DNA from: Nitrosopumilaceae archaeon
GTDB taxonomy: Archaea > Thermoproteota > Nitrososphaeria > Nitrososphaerales > Nitrosopumilaceae
DNA length: 64,000 nucleotides
Assembly: GCA_965214835.1 (NCBI GenBank)
Contig: CBDCCK010000002.1
Location: 896,001-960,000, forward strand
Reading direction: 5' to 3'
Shown piece after piece: positions 39,384 to 49,448 of this stretch. Numbering within the stretch: the stretch's first letter is position 1; each line of letters begins with the position of its first letter. Both the position numbers and the translations under genes were made by a program. Under the pieces are notes generated by a model, which was not told where the DNA came from, ran no database searches, and saw only the letters and a list, made by a program, of their open reading frames with translations.

Positions 39384-39920
39384 CTAATTGATTACCAGCT
39401 CGAACTCCCCTGCAGAGTTCCTTATGCTGTCCGAGTCGGCATAGTCGTGCTTTTGCCATGATGCAGACACCCTGGCACCGATCCTGTGCCTGCCCCTTCC
39501 CAGCTCCGATGCCTTGAACCTGAACTCCTCGTCAAAGTCAAACAGTTCCTGCCTGACCTCCTCCTCTGTCAGTCTGATGTAGGGAACAAAGTTCTTTGCG
39601 ACCTGGACCCAGACCCTCTTTTCCTTCATCGGGTTTACCAGCTTTGGGTTGCGCGTCCAAAAGATGGACGCCTTTCTGTAGGCGTCTATCGGGGTTCCGA
39701 GCTCCTTTTTCTTGAATCCCCCGGAGGTTAGTTTTATCCCGTATTTCATCTTGAACAGGTTGTCGTTGTTGTCGTACGCATCAGTCCAGTTCCTCTCGTT
39801 AAAGGCCTCCCTGATTGCTCCCCGGACCGCGAATCTTACGTTGATGGTAACGGTCTCGCCTTCCGAGTATTCCTCCTTTGAGGTGGCCAGCTCTACATCC
39901 CCTATGTGGCTTTCATCCAT
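39384..39920 (-). CDS. Hypothetical protein (beta-sandwich-like)
   Basis: 178 aa ORF, co-oriented with the two small genes downstream. Confidence 0.7.
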   Translation of the reverse strand: MDESHIGDVELATSKEEYSEGETVTINVRFAVRGAIREAFNERNWTDAYDNNDNLFKMKYGIKLTSGGFKKKELGTPIDAYRKASIFWTRNPKLVNPMKEKRVWVQVAKNFVPYIRLTEEEVRQELFDFDEEFRFKASELGRGRHRIGARVSASWQKHDYADSDSIRNSAGEFELVIN

Positions 39921-40084
39921 TATTTATGATGTCCTGCCCGCCCTTAAAATACCAAGCGTCATTGGTTTTGGAATTTGTTTCCAAAGACCGGATAATATCA
40001 CGTGGCTGTGGTGACGATTAAAAGTTCTTGGACACATGCGGGTGTGAACCATGCAGGAAGACGCCCTTTGATGATCAAAGACTC

Positions 40085-40720
40085 TCAACTGCCGCCATAT
40101 GCGGCCGACTCCTTAGATTGTTTGACGAACTCATCCTCGTGGAAGACGTATTCCAACTTGCATTCCCTTTCGATATTCTGACGGTGTTCCTCGGTCCCCC
40201 TGAACAGCAGGGACATCAGGGCCCTGCACTCATATCCGTGCTCCCGTACCTGACGTATCGCAGTCATGGCAGACATCCCGCTTGTAATCACGTCATCTAT
40301 GATGACTACCGGGGACGTGATCCTTCCCTCAATCATCTTCCGCGTCCCGTGCGTTTTTGGCGCCTTGCGGACATAAAAGGAGGCAATCAGGGGATTCGAA
40401 GGATCCCTCTGATGCTCTAGATAACTTAGCTGTGAAACCGCCGTAGCAATTGGGATGGAGCCTGATTCCAATCCCCCCGCCGCTCTTACGCCTGGGATCT
40501 CCTTGATGTAGCGATAGAATACTCTTGCAACTGCATTGATTCCCTCCGGATCTCCGTTTAGCAGCCTTAGATCGAAATAGAACTTGCTTTCGGCACCGGA
40601 TGCCAGCTTGAACGGCTTGTCTGGGGAATATTGAAAGGCCTTGGTCTTTACTAGTAATTCTGCCAGTCTTTGCCTGTCTGCTTCAAATTCAGAGGACAAG
40701 CTCGTCATTGAACAAAACAC
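40085..40720 (-). CDS. pyrE: Orotate phosphoribosyltransferase
   Basis: FKLASG..S.FYFD, YVRKAPKTHG and VVIIDDVITSGMS. Confidence 0.92.
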   Translation of the reverse strand: MFCSMTSLSSEFEADRQRLAELLVKTKAFQYSPDKPFKLASGAESKFYFDLRLLNGDPEGINAVARVFYRYIKEIPGVRAAGGLESGSIPIATAVSQLSYLEHQRDPSNPLIASFYVRKAPKTHGTRKMIEGRITSPVVIIDDVITSGMSAMTAIRQVREHGYECRALMSLLFRGTEEHRQNIERECKLEYVFHEDEFVKQSKESAAYGGS

Positions 40721-40895
40721 CTACCAGACAAATTAGCTCCTGAACCTGGCAACAACACAGATCTGTCATGGAAACCATGATCTAGATTCTCCCACATCCT
40801 CGGTTCGTAATAACACGGGCCCCTATATGATCCAAAGTGATCTGGCCACGTGGTTTTGGCTCAGGCGGGCCGGAATTCTGCGTAATTTGCCGTTT

Positions 40896-41510
40896 TTAGC
40901 TGAAAATTGCCATCAGCTGATCCATCCTCTCCCCTGTCAGACCCTGATAACGACTCATCCGATCCCTCAGCGAGATCCAGTCACACGTTGAAACAAACTC
41001 AATACCCTGATCAGAAAGAGCGGTTTTTGAAGGGTTTTCATCAACAAATGAAACCACGCAGGAAATCGGAACCTGCCGCTGCAAGAACACCCCGATTGCC
41101 TTCATTACCTGCTGTTGACTGACTGAGTATGGGATTACTAGACAGCATGGAGCCGCCTCTGGCCTGACAAGCTGAAAAAACGCCTCCCCGCGATGCTCCA
41201 AACCATAGCTGTAAAATGGCAAGTTTTCTTCAGACGATGCCTGTGCTGCAAAAGCCGTCAGCGATGGATCATTTTCGGCAAATCCTATCACGGATTTGCA
41301 GCCTGACTGCCTGATGTATGTCTGCAGCAGCCTTAGTGCAGCTTTCCTCAAATGTCTTGGCTGCTCAAACAATGCGGTTGATACATGCCTGCCGTCCTCC
41401 CTTACGTTGAATGCGTCGTCACTGGAAAACACGTTAAACGCCAGGCTGTCTGAAATCATTTGCTTAAAACCGCCAATCGCCTGTACATCCATAATACCCG
41501 TACAAATCAC
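40896..41510 (-). CDS. Degenerate phosphoribosyltransferase-like protein
   Basis: Secondary-structure order parallels PyrE, but the PRPP loop is replaced by CLVIPYSVSQQQ. Confidence 0.5.
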   Translation of the reverse strand: MICTGIMDVQAIGGFKQMISDSLAFNVFSSDDAFNVREDGRHVSTALFEQPRHLRKAALRLLQTYIRQSGCKSVIGFAENDPSLTAFAAQASSEENLPFYSYGLEHRGEAFFQLVRPEAAPCCLVIPYSVSQQQVMKAIGVFLQRQVPISCVVSFVDENPSKTALSDQGIEFVSTCDWISLRDRMSRYQGLTGERMDQLMAIFS

Positions 41511-41751
41511 GCGTTATTTTTAGTAAGCTTGGACTAGTACGATGCGTGCCCTACCGCGCATTTTTCAGGCACTCAACCTTCTGCTTGAGACCGATGTTTT
41601 TCATTTACACGTGCACAACTACCGGGCCGCTTGAAAATCTAACCGCGGGAACGGGGCTCTGCCTGTAAAAGCAAACACTCCTGCTTCCATCAACTGGTAA
41701 CAGACTGCAAGGCCATGGTTTATATCTGCAATAGGATCCCTCTCCGATCAC

Positions 41752-42030
41752 ATGAACGCCGAAGTGATTAACGCCTCAAAGACAGAAGTGAATTTATCAA
41801 TAACCCAGTCTGATATCGGCACACTATACATAGTACAGCACGAGCTGCTCAAAAATTCTCGTACCGAGTATGCAGGCGTCATTGTCAAGCATCCCTTGAC
41901 CAACGAGTGCTGGATGAGGGTGGCGACAAAAAACAACCCCGTGCAAGAAATCTCCAAGGCCACGGATTCGGCCATAAAACAGACAGAGGATCTGGAAAAA
42001 TTATTTAATTCAAACATTCAGGTAAGCTAG
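41752..42030 (+). CDS. rpoL: RNA polymerase subunit Rpo11 (RpoL)
   Basis: DIGTLYIVQHEL...YAGVIVKHPL; directly upstream of TFS. Confidence 0.85.
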   Translation: MNAEVINASKTEVNLSITQSDIGTLYIVQHELLKNSRTEYAGVIVKHPLTNECWMRVATKNNPVQEISKATDSAIKQTEDLEKLFNSNIQVS

Positions 42031-42348
42031 ATGAAATTCTGCCCCTCATGTGAAGTCAGGCTAAAGAAAGGCGATTCGGGACTAAAGTGTCCACAATGTG
42101 ATTATGTGGAAGGCAGAAACAAATCGGCTGCAAAAAAGCCGGCCGTAGAGGAGCCCGGAGTACCTGAAATCAATGTACTAGATGAAGGCGAGGGGAAGGA
42201 GACACTTCCGACCATCAAGATTGACTGTGAGAAATGCGGGCATGACGAGGCCGTGTGGTGGATGCTGCAAACGAGGAGTGCCGATGAGGCAACCACGCAG
42301 TTTTACCGCTGTGTAAAATGCAGTCATACGTGGCGGAACTACGATTAA
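42031..42348 (+). CDS. tfs: Transcription factor S
   Basis: MKFCPSC and QTRSADE...FYRCVKCSHTWR. Confidence 0.95.
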   Translation: MKFCPSCEVRLKKGDSGLKCPQCDYVEGRNKSAAKKPAVEEPGVPEINVLDEGEGKETLPTIKIDCEKCGHDEAVWWMLQTRSADEATTQFYRCVKCSHTWRNYD

Positions 42349-42382
42349 ACTTTTAACGCCCGATACACGGATACAGAACAAC

Positions 42383-43129
42383 TTGGCATTTTCGGCTAAA
42401 ACCAGCGGCTCTGATGATCTAAAGGCCATCATATCGGCCATCTCGACGCTGGTAGAGGAGGCGACCTTTGTCGCAACTGCGGAGGGAATCACATTCAGGG
42501 GGATGGATCCCTCCCACGTGGCCCTTATTGATATTTCCTGGCCCAATTCGGCCTTTGAAAAATACGAGTGCGACAGCGACATCAAGTTTGGCGTAAGAAT
42601 TGACGAATTCTCAAAGCTCATCAAGCGTGCAGACAAAAAGGACCCCATCGAGATCAGCATCTCCGATGAAAACATGCTCCTAGTCACAATCGGCAAGAAC
42701 AAAAAATACAAGATGAGGCTGATCGAAAGCTCCGCAACCGACACGCCGCTGCCAAAGATCCCGTATGACTCAAAGATCGTCCTGACCTCTGCACGGTTTG
42801 ACAAGATCCTAGGCGACGTGCAGGTCGTCTCTGACTATCTGACCATTGGCAGCAAGGGGGAAAAGGCCGAGTTCTCCGGCAAGGGAGACTCTGGAGAGGT
42901 TGCAATCGAGCTGGATGCCTCCGTGGATGAACTAGAGGAGATGACATGTGATGAAAACAGTACCGGTACGTACAGCCTAGAGTATCTTAATCCCGTAGTC
43001 AAGGCAGTTGGGAGCACTGCCGGAACGATCACGTGCGAGTATTCAAGCGCAAAGCCGCTGAGGATTGAGTTCAAGGTAGCCAACGTGGGAAGAATCCACT
43101 TTTACCTGGCCCCGCGTGTAGAGAGTTAA
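42383..43129 (+). CDS. pcn: PCNA sliding clamp
   Basis: MDPSHVALI, YSLEYL and FYLAPR. Confidence 0.97.
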   Translation: MAFSAKTSGSDDLKAIISAISTLVEEATFVATAEGITFRGMDPSHVALIDISWPNSAFEKYECDSDIKFGVRIDEFSKLIKRADKKDPIEISISDENMLLVTIGKNKKYKMRLIESSATDTPLPKIPYDSKIVLTSARFDKILGDVQVVSDYLTIGSKGEKAEFSGKGDSGEVAIELDASVDELEEMTCDENSTGTYSLEYLNPVVKAVGSTAGTITCEYSSAKPLRIEFKVANVGRIHFYLAPRVES

Positions 43130-43163
43130 AGCATTTAAGGACAATAACCGGGGTTATACTGAG

Positions 43164-44567
43164 TTGCGTCTGGTAATCAAGTTCGGTGGAACGTCGATAG
43201 CATCGGCAGACAACATCAAGAGCGTTGCAAGGTTCCTTCGATCCGCATCCAAGTCCAACCAGATAGTCGGTGTCTGCTCTGCCATTGACGGAACAACCGA
43301 TGATCTCCTGGGGATCTCACGCTCCATACAAAAGGACAAGCAGGGCGATGCCCAGAAAACCGTCGCCAACATAATATCTGATCATAAAAAAATCGCCAAG
43401 GCGTGCATCACAAAGGCGGTCATACGCAAAAAGCTGCTTGGCTCCCTTGAGCGGGATTTCTCGGAGCTGAGATCCCTAGTTGACGGGGTGTCGCTTCTGG
43501 GCGAGATTACTCCCAGATCCCTGGACTACCTGCTGTCCTTTGGGGAGAGAATGTCGGTAAAGATCATCTCTGCTGCAGTCTCGGATCTGGGCAGGAAATC
43601 GTCGGCGTTTTCCGGCAAGGAGATCGGCATAGTGACTGACTCTAACTTCGGTGAGTCAAAGCCGCTGATGGATACGACGCGCCTCCGAGTCTCAAAAAAC
43701 GTCGAGGAGCTGTTCGGGAAGAAATCCATTCCCGTCATAGGGGGCTTTGCGGGCGCCGACCAGCACGGGCATGTGACGACCTTCGGCAGGGGCGGCTCTG
43801 ACTATACTGCCACGACAATCGGCGTCTGCATCCGGGCAGACGAGATCTGGCTGATGAGCGACGTGGACGGACTGATGACGGCCGATCCAAAGATCGTAAA
43901 AGACGCAAAGGTGCTCAAGGAGGTGTCCTATGTCGAGGCAATGGAGATGGCGCTGTTTGGCGCAAAGCAGATCCATCCGCGGACGTTTGAGCCCCTCCTG
44001 TCCAGGAAGATACCGATGCGCATCCGAAACACCTTCAATACCGGCCACGAGGGAACCCTTGTTACTGCAACCCCGGACGCCTCGACCAAAAAAACGGTAA
44101 AGTGCGTAAGTACCATCCCGCATAACGGGCTGATTGACGTGCGGGGCGGCAGCATGGTGGGCTCCCCCGGCACTGCCGCCAAAATCTTTGCCACGCTGGC
44201 AAGGGCCGGGGTCAACGTGATGATGATCTCGCAGAATCCATCCGAGTCCAGCATAACCATAGTGGTAAAGAAGACTAACCTGGATCGGGCCGTCCATGCC
44301 CTGGAGGTCGAACACCTGGGAAAAATCATCAAAAAGCTGGAGGTCACATCCGACGTCGCAATAGTCGCACTCATTGGCGCAGGAATGAGGGGGACTGCCG
44401 GCGTCGCCTCCAAGGTCTTCGGGGCTACGGCAGGCAAAAGACTCAACGTTGTAATGATAACCCAGGGGTCATCTGAGCTTAATCTTGCCTTTGTAGTCGG
44501 GGATCAGGACGCGGGGACTGCCGTACAGGCCATCCATGACGAGTTTGAGCTTGCCAAAATCAACTAA
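43164..44567 (+). CDS. lysC: Aspartate kinase
   Basis: KFGGTS, GRGGSDYTA, DVDGLMTADP and two ACT domains. Confidence 0.95.
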   Translation: MRLVIKFGGTSIASADNIKSVARFLRSASKSNQIVGVCSAIDGTTDDLLGISRSIQKDKQGDAQKTVANIISDHKKIAKACITKAVIRKKLLGSLERDFSELRSLVDGVSLLGEITPRSLDYLLSFGERMSVKIISAAVSDLGRKSSAFSGKEIGIVTDSNFGESKPLMDTTRLRVSKNVEELFGKKSIPVIGGFAGADQHGHVTTFGRGGSDYTATTIGVCIRADEIWLMSDVDGLMTADPKIVKDAKVLKEVSYVEAMEMALFGAKQIHPRTFEPLLSRKIPMRIRNTFNTGHEGTLVTATPDASTKKTVKCVSTIPHNGLIDVRGGSMVGSPGTAAKIFATLARAGVNVMMISQNPSESSITIVVKKTNLDRAVHALEVEHLGKIIKKLEVTSDVAIVALIGAGMRGTAGVASKVFGATAGKRLNVVMITQGSSELNLAFVVGDQDAGTAVQAIHDEFELAKIN

Positions 44568-44807
44568 ATCACCCGTGTCAAAGACACCCGCGGACAACAC
44601 ATGCCTGCCCGCGATACCGGGGTGGCTGGCCTTCAGCTAAGCCAACCTTTGCCCGGTTCTCCTAGATGTAACCAGGTTCATGGAAGTGGAGACGACCAGG
44701 TGCGGATCTGCTAGCCTGAACCGCTGCTAGCCTGGAACCGCTTTATGGGGAGCTTTTGGGAAGACCCTAGAAAAAAGGTTTTAAGCGGATTTTCAGCTGT
44801 GATCTCA

Positions 44808-46283
44808 TTGAAGAAACTCGTTCTGTCAGTCCTGATAATCGGCATTATATCCGGAGCCGTACTGATTCCAAGCCTTGCGCAGGATCCCGCCGATGCAAAG
44901 TCCACAAAAAAGATTCATTTTACGAAAACATACGTCTCATCACAGGATCCGGGACGGGGGCACGAGGGCCACCAGCTGGCCATGCTGCTGTCCCCGAGGG
45001 ACGGAATAATCTATGACGGTTCCCTTACCTTTGTAGCTGACAGGCCCGTGCGGGTCGCCATCCTGCATGAGATTGATCCGTCCGAATCCAGGGGCCAGCC
45101 CGTCTGGACCGTGGACGGAAATGCCATCTACGGCATAAGCATCATTGACAATGACGGCGCATCAGGCTCCTTTGAGTTTACGGGCGCCGCGCTTGCACTG
45201 CACAGTCCTGATCCCGAGCCCTTTGCAGCCACTGCAAGTATAGACGGATGGATTCGGGGCGGCGCCGTAGATCTTGTAATACAAAAAATCGAGGTACTGC
45301 ACAGGCCGCAGGCGGTAGATCTCTACCGGGCAAACGTCCCTGCAACAATACCCATGCACAACGGACTGTATAACGGAAACCAGACACTGTACATAATCAC
45401 CGATGCCAGCGATGAGGAACTAGCGCAGACGATATCCGAACAGCAGGACTGGAATGTCGAGGTATCGGCGCCGCTGGCCCATGCCCCGGAGTCAATGCTG
45501 GGGGAGGCCTATTTCTTTACAAACGGGATTCATGGAAGCGGACTGTATGGATTCCAGGATGAGATACTTTCCAGCACGCCCGAGCAGCACGAGGAGTACA
45601 GCGCACTCCGAAAGGCAGTAAACGTATCGTGGAAGCTTGGACAGAATCCTGACACGCTAAACTCTGTAGATGATGTGATGCAGGCCGAAAAAAACGGCAG
45701 AATAGAAATCGAGGAGACCGGCGTTATTGTAAACGCGCCCCAGATCGTGTGGCCGGAGGGGCAGATGCCGGTTCGCAGCGACGGCCCCGTCTCTGACGAT
45801 ACGCCGCACGGAGGGGGCCAAATCCTGGAAATCAACGAAGAGGAGAGTACCGTGACATTTGTGGCCCACCGGGGCTGGGGGCCTGACGGCAGGACGATCT
45901 ACTATATCGTGACTGACGCCACTCCCTCGGGTCCTGCCGAGGCGATGGGTGTGGTAGACGCGCCGACCTCGGCGGAGCTGATTGCAAACGCGGCCGCAAT
46001 AGACCTGTACCAGTTCAAAAACGGCCTTGAGGGCACCGGCCCGCTTGGATTCCAGCCTGGAATCTCGGTTTCTGCCCCGGGCGACGAAACCTACAGCCCC
46101 ATGTGGAGGATATTCCTGGTGGAATGGAATGACGAGGACGAGGCACGCCTGCTGGAGACCGTTGACGATATCAATTCCGCAAAGGGCGACGGGACGGTGA
46201 CCGTCAGCATTGCACGGCCCACAAACAGCGAGCATGTCGTGAACTGTCCCTTCATCGATCCGTTTCAAAGCAAGATGCCATGA
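44808..46283 (+). CDS. Secreted protein with two tandem YSP(M/L)W...VNxP domains (DUF7482-like, from recall)
   Basis: Signal peptide; repeated (L/Y)YI(I/V)TDA...YS(AL/PM)...VN(A/C)P units. Confidence 0.7.
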   Translation: MKKLVLSVLIIGIISGAVLIPSLAQDPADAKSTKKIHFTKTYVSSQDPGRGHEGHQLAMLLSPRDGIIYDGSLTFVADRPVRVAILHEIDPSESRGQPVWTVDGNAIYGISIIDNDGASGSFEFTGAALALHSPDPEPFAATASIDGWIRGGAVDLVIQKIEVLHRPQAVDLYRANVPATIPMHNGLYNGNQTLYIITDASDEELAQTISEQQDWNVEVSAPLAHAPESMLGEAYFFTNGIHGSGLYGFQDEILSSTPEQHEEYSALRKAVNVSWKLGQNPDTLNSVDDVMQAEKNGRIEIEETGVIVNAPQIVWPEGQMPVRSDGPVSDDTPHGGGQILEINEEESTVTFVAHRGWGPDGRTIYYIVTDATPSGPAEAMGVVDAPTSAELIANAAAIDLYQFKNGLEGTGPLGFQPGISVSAPGDETYSPMWRIFLVEWNDEDEARLLETVDDINSAKGDGTVTVSIARPTNSEHVVNCPFIDPFQSKMP

Positions 46284-46480
46284 GGTGTTCAATAGCTTGC
46301 ACAACTGCGCCTGAACGCGTAAAAACAGCTGGGTTTCTTGTACCTAAAACCAGGGTTATGCAACAAGCTAGGGCTCAAGGAAACTTGATAAATGGACACG
46401 CCCAAATGGACACGAGATGAACACGCCAAGAAATATGGCATGTTTAAAAGCCTCAAATATGACATGGATATCAGGGATGA

Positions 46481-46878
46481 ATGAACATGGGATTTTCTGA
46501 AAAAGCCATACTCAGGGCACTTGCAAAAAACAGGGGCGACAAGACCCTTACGCTGAACTGGTTCCGCAAGTGGTATATGATCAAGGACTCGCCAGATGAG
46601 CGCGACTTGATCAAGGTACTGGACGCGGCCCCGGGGGAGTGGAACATGAAAAGGGAGAAGTTCCTAGACACCTGGGGAAAGCCCCTGCCTCCTGGCGAGG
46701 CCTGGAAAAGCCCGCTTGATGTGTGGGTAGAACTGGAAAACCACCCAGAATCACAGCCGTCTCATTAGACTTTATGCGTAATCGGCTCAGATCTGGGATT
46801 ATTACGAACAAATTCATCTTATTCAGGTAGATTACGCATAAAGTCTATTATAGCGAACAAGCCCAAATGATATCATGA
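46481..46878 (+). pseudogene. Hypothetical gene truncated by MITE D
   Basis: Removing the MITE and one ATT restores ...SQPSHYSEQAQMIS*, whose stop overlaps the next ATG. Confidence 0.55.
46767..46846. mobile_element. 80-bp MITE, family D (ISL2-type ends)
   Basis: TIR AGACTTTATGCGTAAT...ATTACGCATAAAGTCT, TSD ATT; ends match the element at 51335-53052. Confidence 0.9.
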
Positions 46879-47048
46879 GCCAGAATGATGGGAATAAACA
46901 GCACGGCAAGAAGCTACTTGATTCCAAAGATCCATACCTGACCGACGATCTCAAAAAAATCCTCAAGGGGCCACTGGCGCAGGATATGGTAAGGCATGGA
47001 ATCAGTCCACTGTCGGCTGCCCTCTGGGTACGCAATCGCTTGTACTAG
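46875..47048 (+). CDS. Small hypothetical protein (57 aa)
   Basis: MSQNDGNKQHGKKLLDSKDPYLTDDLKKILKGPLAQDMVRHGISPLSAALWVRNRLY; ATGA overlap with the upstream gene. Confidence 0.5.
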   Translation: MSQNDGNKQHGKKLLDSKDPYLTDDLKKILKGPLAQDMVRHGISPLSAALWVRNRLY

Positions 47049-47114
47049 ACATTCCTGACGCCCCATTTCAAAACCTCAAGGGATAAATTATCTCGGTACG
47101 ACACTAGACGTGCC

Positions 47115-47912
47115 TTGGGCGGAAAACTCTACATCGTGGGCGTCGGGCCCGGACATCATGACCACATGACCTACAGGGCCAGGCAGGCCATTGAGGAGAG
47201 CGATACAATAGTCGGCTATGAGACCTATGTCAACCTGGTATCTGATCTAATCGGGGGAAAGGAGGTTCACCGCTATGCCATGACGCAGGAGGTCGAGCGC
47301 GCACACCAGTGCATTGATCTGGCAAAGTCCGGCAGGACCGTCTCCCTAGTCTCAAGCGGCGATCCCGGGATCTACGGCATGGCCGGGCTGATCTACGAGA
47401 CCCTGGCGGCCGCCGGCTGGGATCCCAAAGACGGACTGCCCGTCGAGGTCATCCCCGGCGTCTCTGCACTGAACTCGTGCGCCTCGATCATAGGCTCCCC
47501 GCTGATGACCGATTTTGCCGTATTGAGCATGAGTGATCTGCTGGTCCCCTGGGAGATAATCACAAAGAGGGTGGAGGCCGCAGCGCGGGGGGACTTTGTC
47601 ATGGTGATCTACAACCCCTCAAGCAAAAAGCGCATACACCAGCTGCGCGATGCGAGAAAGATCATCTTGAGGTACAGGAGGCCGGCGACCCCAGTTGCAA
47701 TAATCAAGGGCGCGTTTCGCGAGTCGGAGAGCGTAATCCTTACCGACCTAGAAAACATGGAGAGCCATGCAGACAAGCTGGGCATGATCAGTACAGTGAT
47801 TGTCGGAAACTCGTCCACCTACACGTACCGGGATCTCATGATCAATCCCCGGGGATACAAGTCAAAGTACAATCTGGAGGAGCAGGCAGGCCCGGATCCC
47901 GGGGCTCAGTAG
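47115..47912 (+). CDS. cobJ: Precorrin-3B C17-methyltransferase (CobJ/CbiH)
   Basis: VGVGPG, SSGDPGIYGMAG, SMSDLLVPW, YNPSS and NPRGY. Confidence 0.93.
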   Translation: MGGKLYIVGVGPGHHDHMTYRARQAIEESDTIVGYETYVNLVSDLIGGKEVHRYAMTQEVERAHQCIDLAKSGRTVSLVSSGDPGIYGMAGLIYETLAAAGWDPKDGLPVEVIPGVSALNSCASIIGSPLMTDFAVLSMSDLLVPWEIITKRVEAAARGDFVMVIYNPSSKKRIHQLRDARKIILRYRRPATPVAIIKGAFRESESVILTDLENMESHADKLGMISTVIVGNSSTYTYRDLMINPRGYKSKYNLEEQAGPDPGAQ

Positions 47913-48949
47913 CTCCCCCTTATTGCGTTGCACAGCTCCTCGCTCAGGCCGAGCCTTTCCCGTATCGGGGAGACTGTCCTGATCAGGTACTCCCCCAATG
48001 CCTGCTTCAGATCCGTCGGATGGAGCCTCCCGCCCCCAAAGTCCGACTCTAGCTCCTCATAGCTGGAGTAGCTCACGTTTCCACCAAACTTTTGGGGCCG
48101 CTCGACATCAAACTCGGAGAACTCGTGGAAGACTATGTGCCTTGCAATCTCAAGCAGGGGGTTGTTCTGGACATTTCCCTCCTCGCACCACGATTTTTTT
48201 ATCTTGCCTCTGATCTCGTCATCCGTATCGTGGATGAACACGCTTGAGCCGGGATCGGACTTGCTCATCTTTGCCGGCTGCCCGTCTGCGGGATCCGCTG
48301 GCCTTGTCAGGCCCGGAAGCAGCCTGTGGTGGACTGCCACCGGGACCTTCCAGTTCATCTTTGGAAAGACCTCCCGCGCCAGCATGTGGATCTTCCTTTG
48401 ATCCATCCCCGCATGCGCGATATCCACGCCCAGGGAGTGGATGTCGACTGCCTGCATCGGCGGGTAGAGCAGCTTTGCAAGATCCACCCTCTCCCCGTCC
48501 TCTGAGCGGCCCATGATCGTCAGCGTCCTCATGGTCCTTGCAAGCGACATGTGCTTTGCAAAGCGCACTATCTCCGCCCAGTACTCCTTCCTGGAGTCAT
48601 ACAGCTCCGAGCCCAGCCTTACGTTTACTCCGGGACATACGAGCCTGAATGCGTCCTCATAATACCGGGATACCCTTGATATGGCATCCCAGTCCCCTCC
48701 CAGCTTGTCGTTGATTACCGTGTGCCAGTCTGCAAGAAAGACCGTGCAGTTTACACCCGCCTTGATAAAGTCGTTTATCTTAAATCCCGTGCTGATCAGG
48801 CTTCCCAGGTGCAGGAACCCGGAGATCTCCAGGCCGATATAGTGCCTCGGGCTTGAGTTTGTCTTGAACAGCTCGGTCAGCTCCTCCTCTTTGACAACCT
48901 CCTCTGTGGGCGGCCTTGCGACCAGCTCCACCCTCTCCGTTACATCCAC
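47906..48949 (-). CDS. tyrS: Tyrosyl-tRNA synthetase
   Basis: YIGLEISGFLHLGS, YPPMQAVD, AGMDQRKIH and KMSKS. Confidence 0.96.
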   Translation of the reverse strand: MDVTERVELVARPPTEEVVKEEELTELFKTNSSPRHYIGLEISGFLHLGSLISTGFKINDFIKAGVNCTVFLADWHTVINDKLGGDWDAISRVSRYYEDAFRLVCPGVNVRLGSELYDSRKEYWAEIVRFAKHMSLARTMRTLTIMGRSEDGERVDLAKLLYPPMQAVDIHSLGVDIAHAGMDQRKIHMLAREVFPKMNWKVPVAVHHRLLPGLTRPADPADGQPAKMSKSDPGSSVFIHDTDDEIRGKIKKSWCEEGNVQNNPLLEIARHIVFHEFSEFDVERPQKFGGNVSYSSYEELESDFGGGRLHPTDLKQALGEYLIRTVSPIRERLGLSEELCNAIRGSY

Positions 48950-48995
48950 ACCATCACAGCTCCGGCTGGTAACCCTATAAAGTTACTTGGGGGCG

Positions 48996-49106
48996 CAGCT
49001 AAGTGAAAAGTACCCCTAAATCGAGCAAAAACAAAAACTGGGCGTGAGGCGCAACGCCTCAGTAGCAAGGCAAAACAGCAAATCTAATTTACATTTCACT
49101 TAGCTG
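48996..49106. mobile_element. 111-bp MITE, family A, copy 2
   Basis: Same TIR and body as 14801-14911; no clear TSD. Confidence 0.88.
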
Positions 49107-49222
49107 GGGAAGGCCGGCGGGAGACTGCCGGGGACGCGGCGCGGGGGCGTGATCACGGGAACCGCGACCGGCAGCGCCAAGCGGCAGGGCAGGACCATTA
49201 AACAGCTAAACAAGACCATTGA

Positions 49223-49314
49223 GTAAGAGCTTACCTCTCCCCCGAGATACGGCGTAGCAGGCGTGATCATGGGAGCTCTGGCCAGCAGTGTAGCCTAGTG
49301 GGGTAAACTCTTGC
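49223..49314. mobile_element. MITE family B, copy 2
   Basis: GTAAGAGCTTACC...GGTAAACTCTTGC with 9-bp TSD GACCATTGA. Confidence 0.88.
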
Positions 49315-49448
49315 GACCATTGAAAAGCGCGACAAGACCATCAGGGAGCAGGGCAACAGGCTCAGATACTACGAGAACGAGAACTCGCCCCCGTCGGCGG
49401 ACTCGCTGGCGTGGAAGGAGCAAAAGGCGCAGAGGAGAAAGGAAAGGG

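Noticed and set aside
41525-41745. Possible riboswitch upstream of rpoL
   Set aside because: Only scattered short matches, with no coherent B12-box or other consensus.
44570-44740. Possible structured ncRNA after the aspartate kinase gene
   Set aside because: GC-rich with short hairpins, but no recognisable SRP, RNase P or riboswitch motifs by eye. An Rfam scan would be needed.
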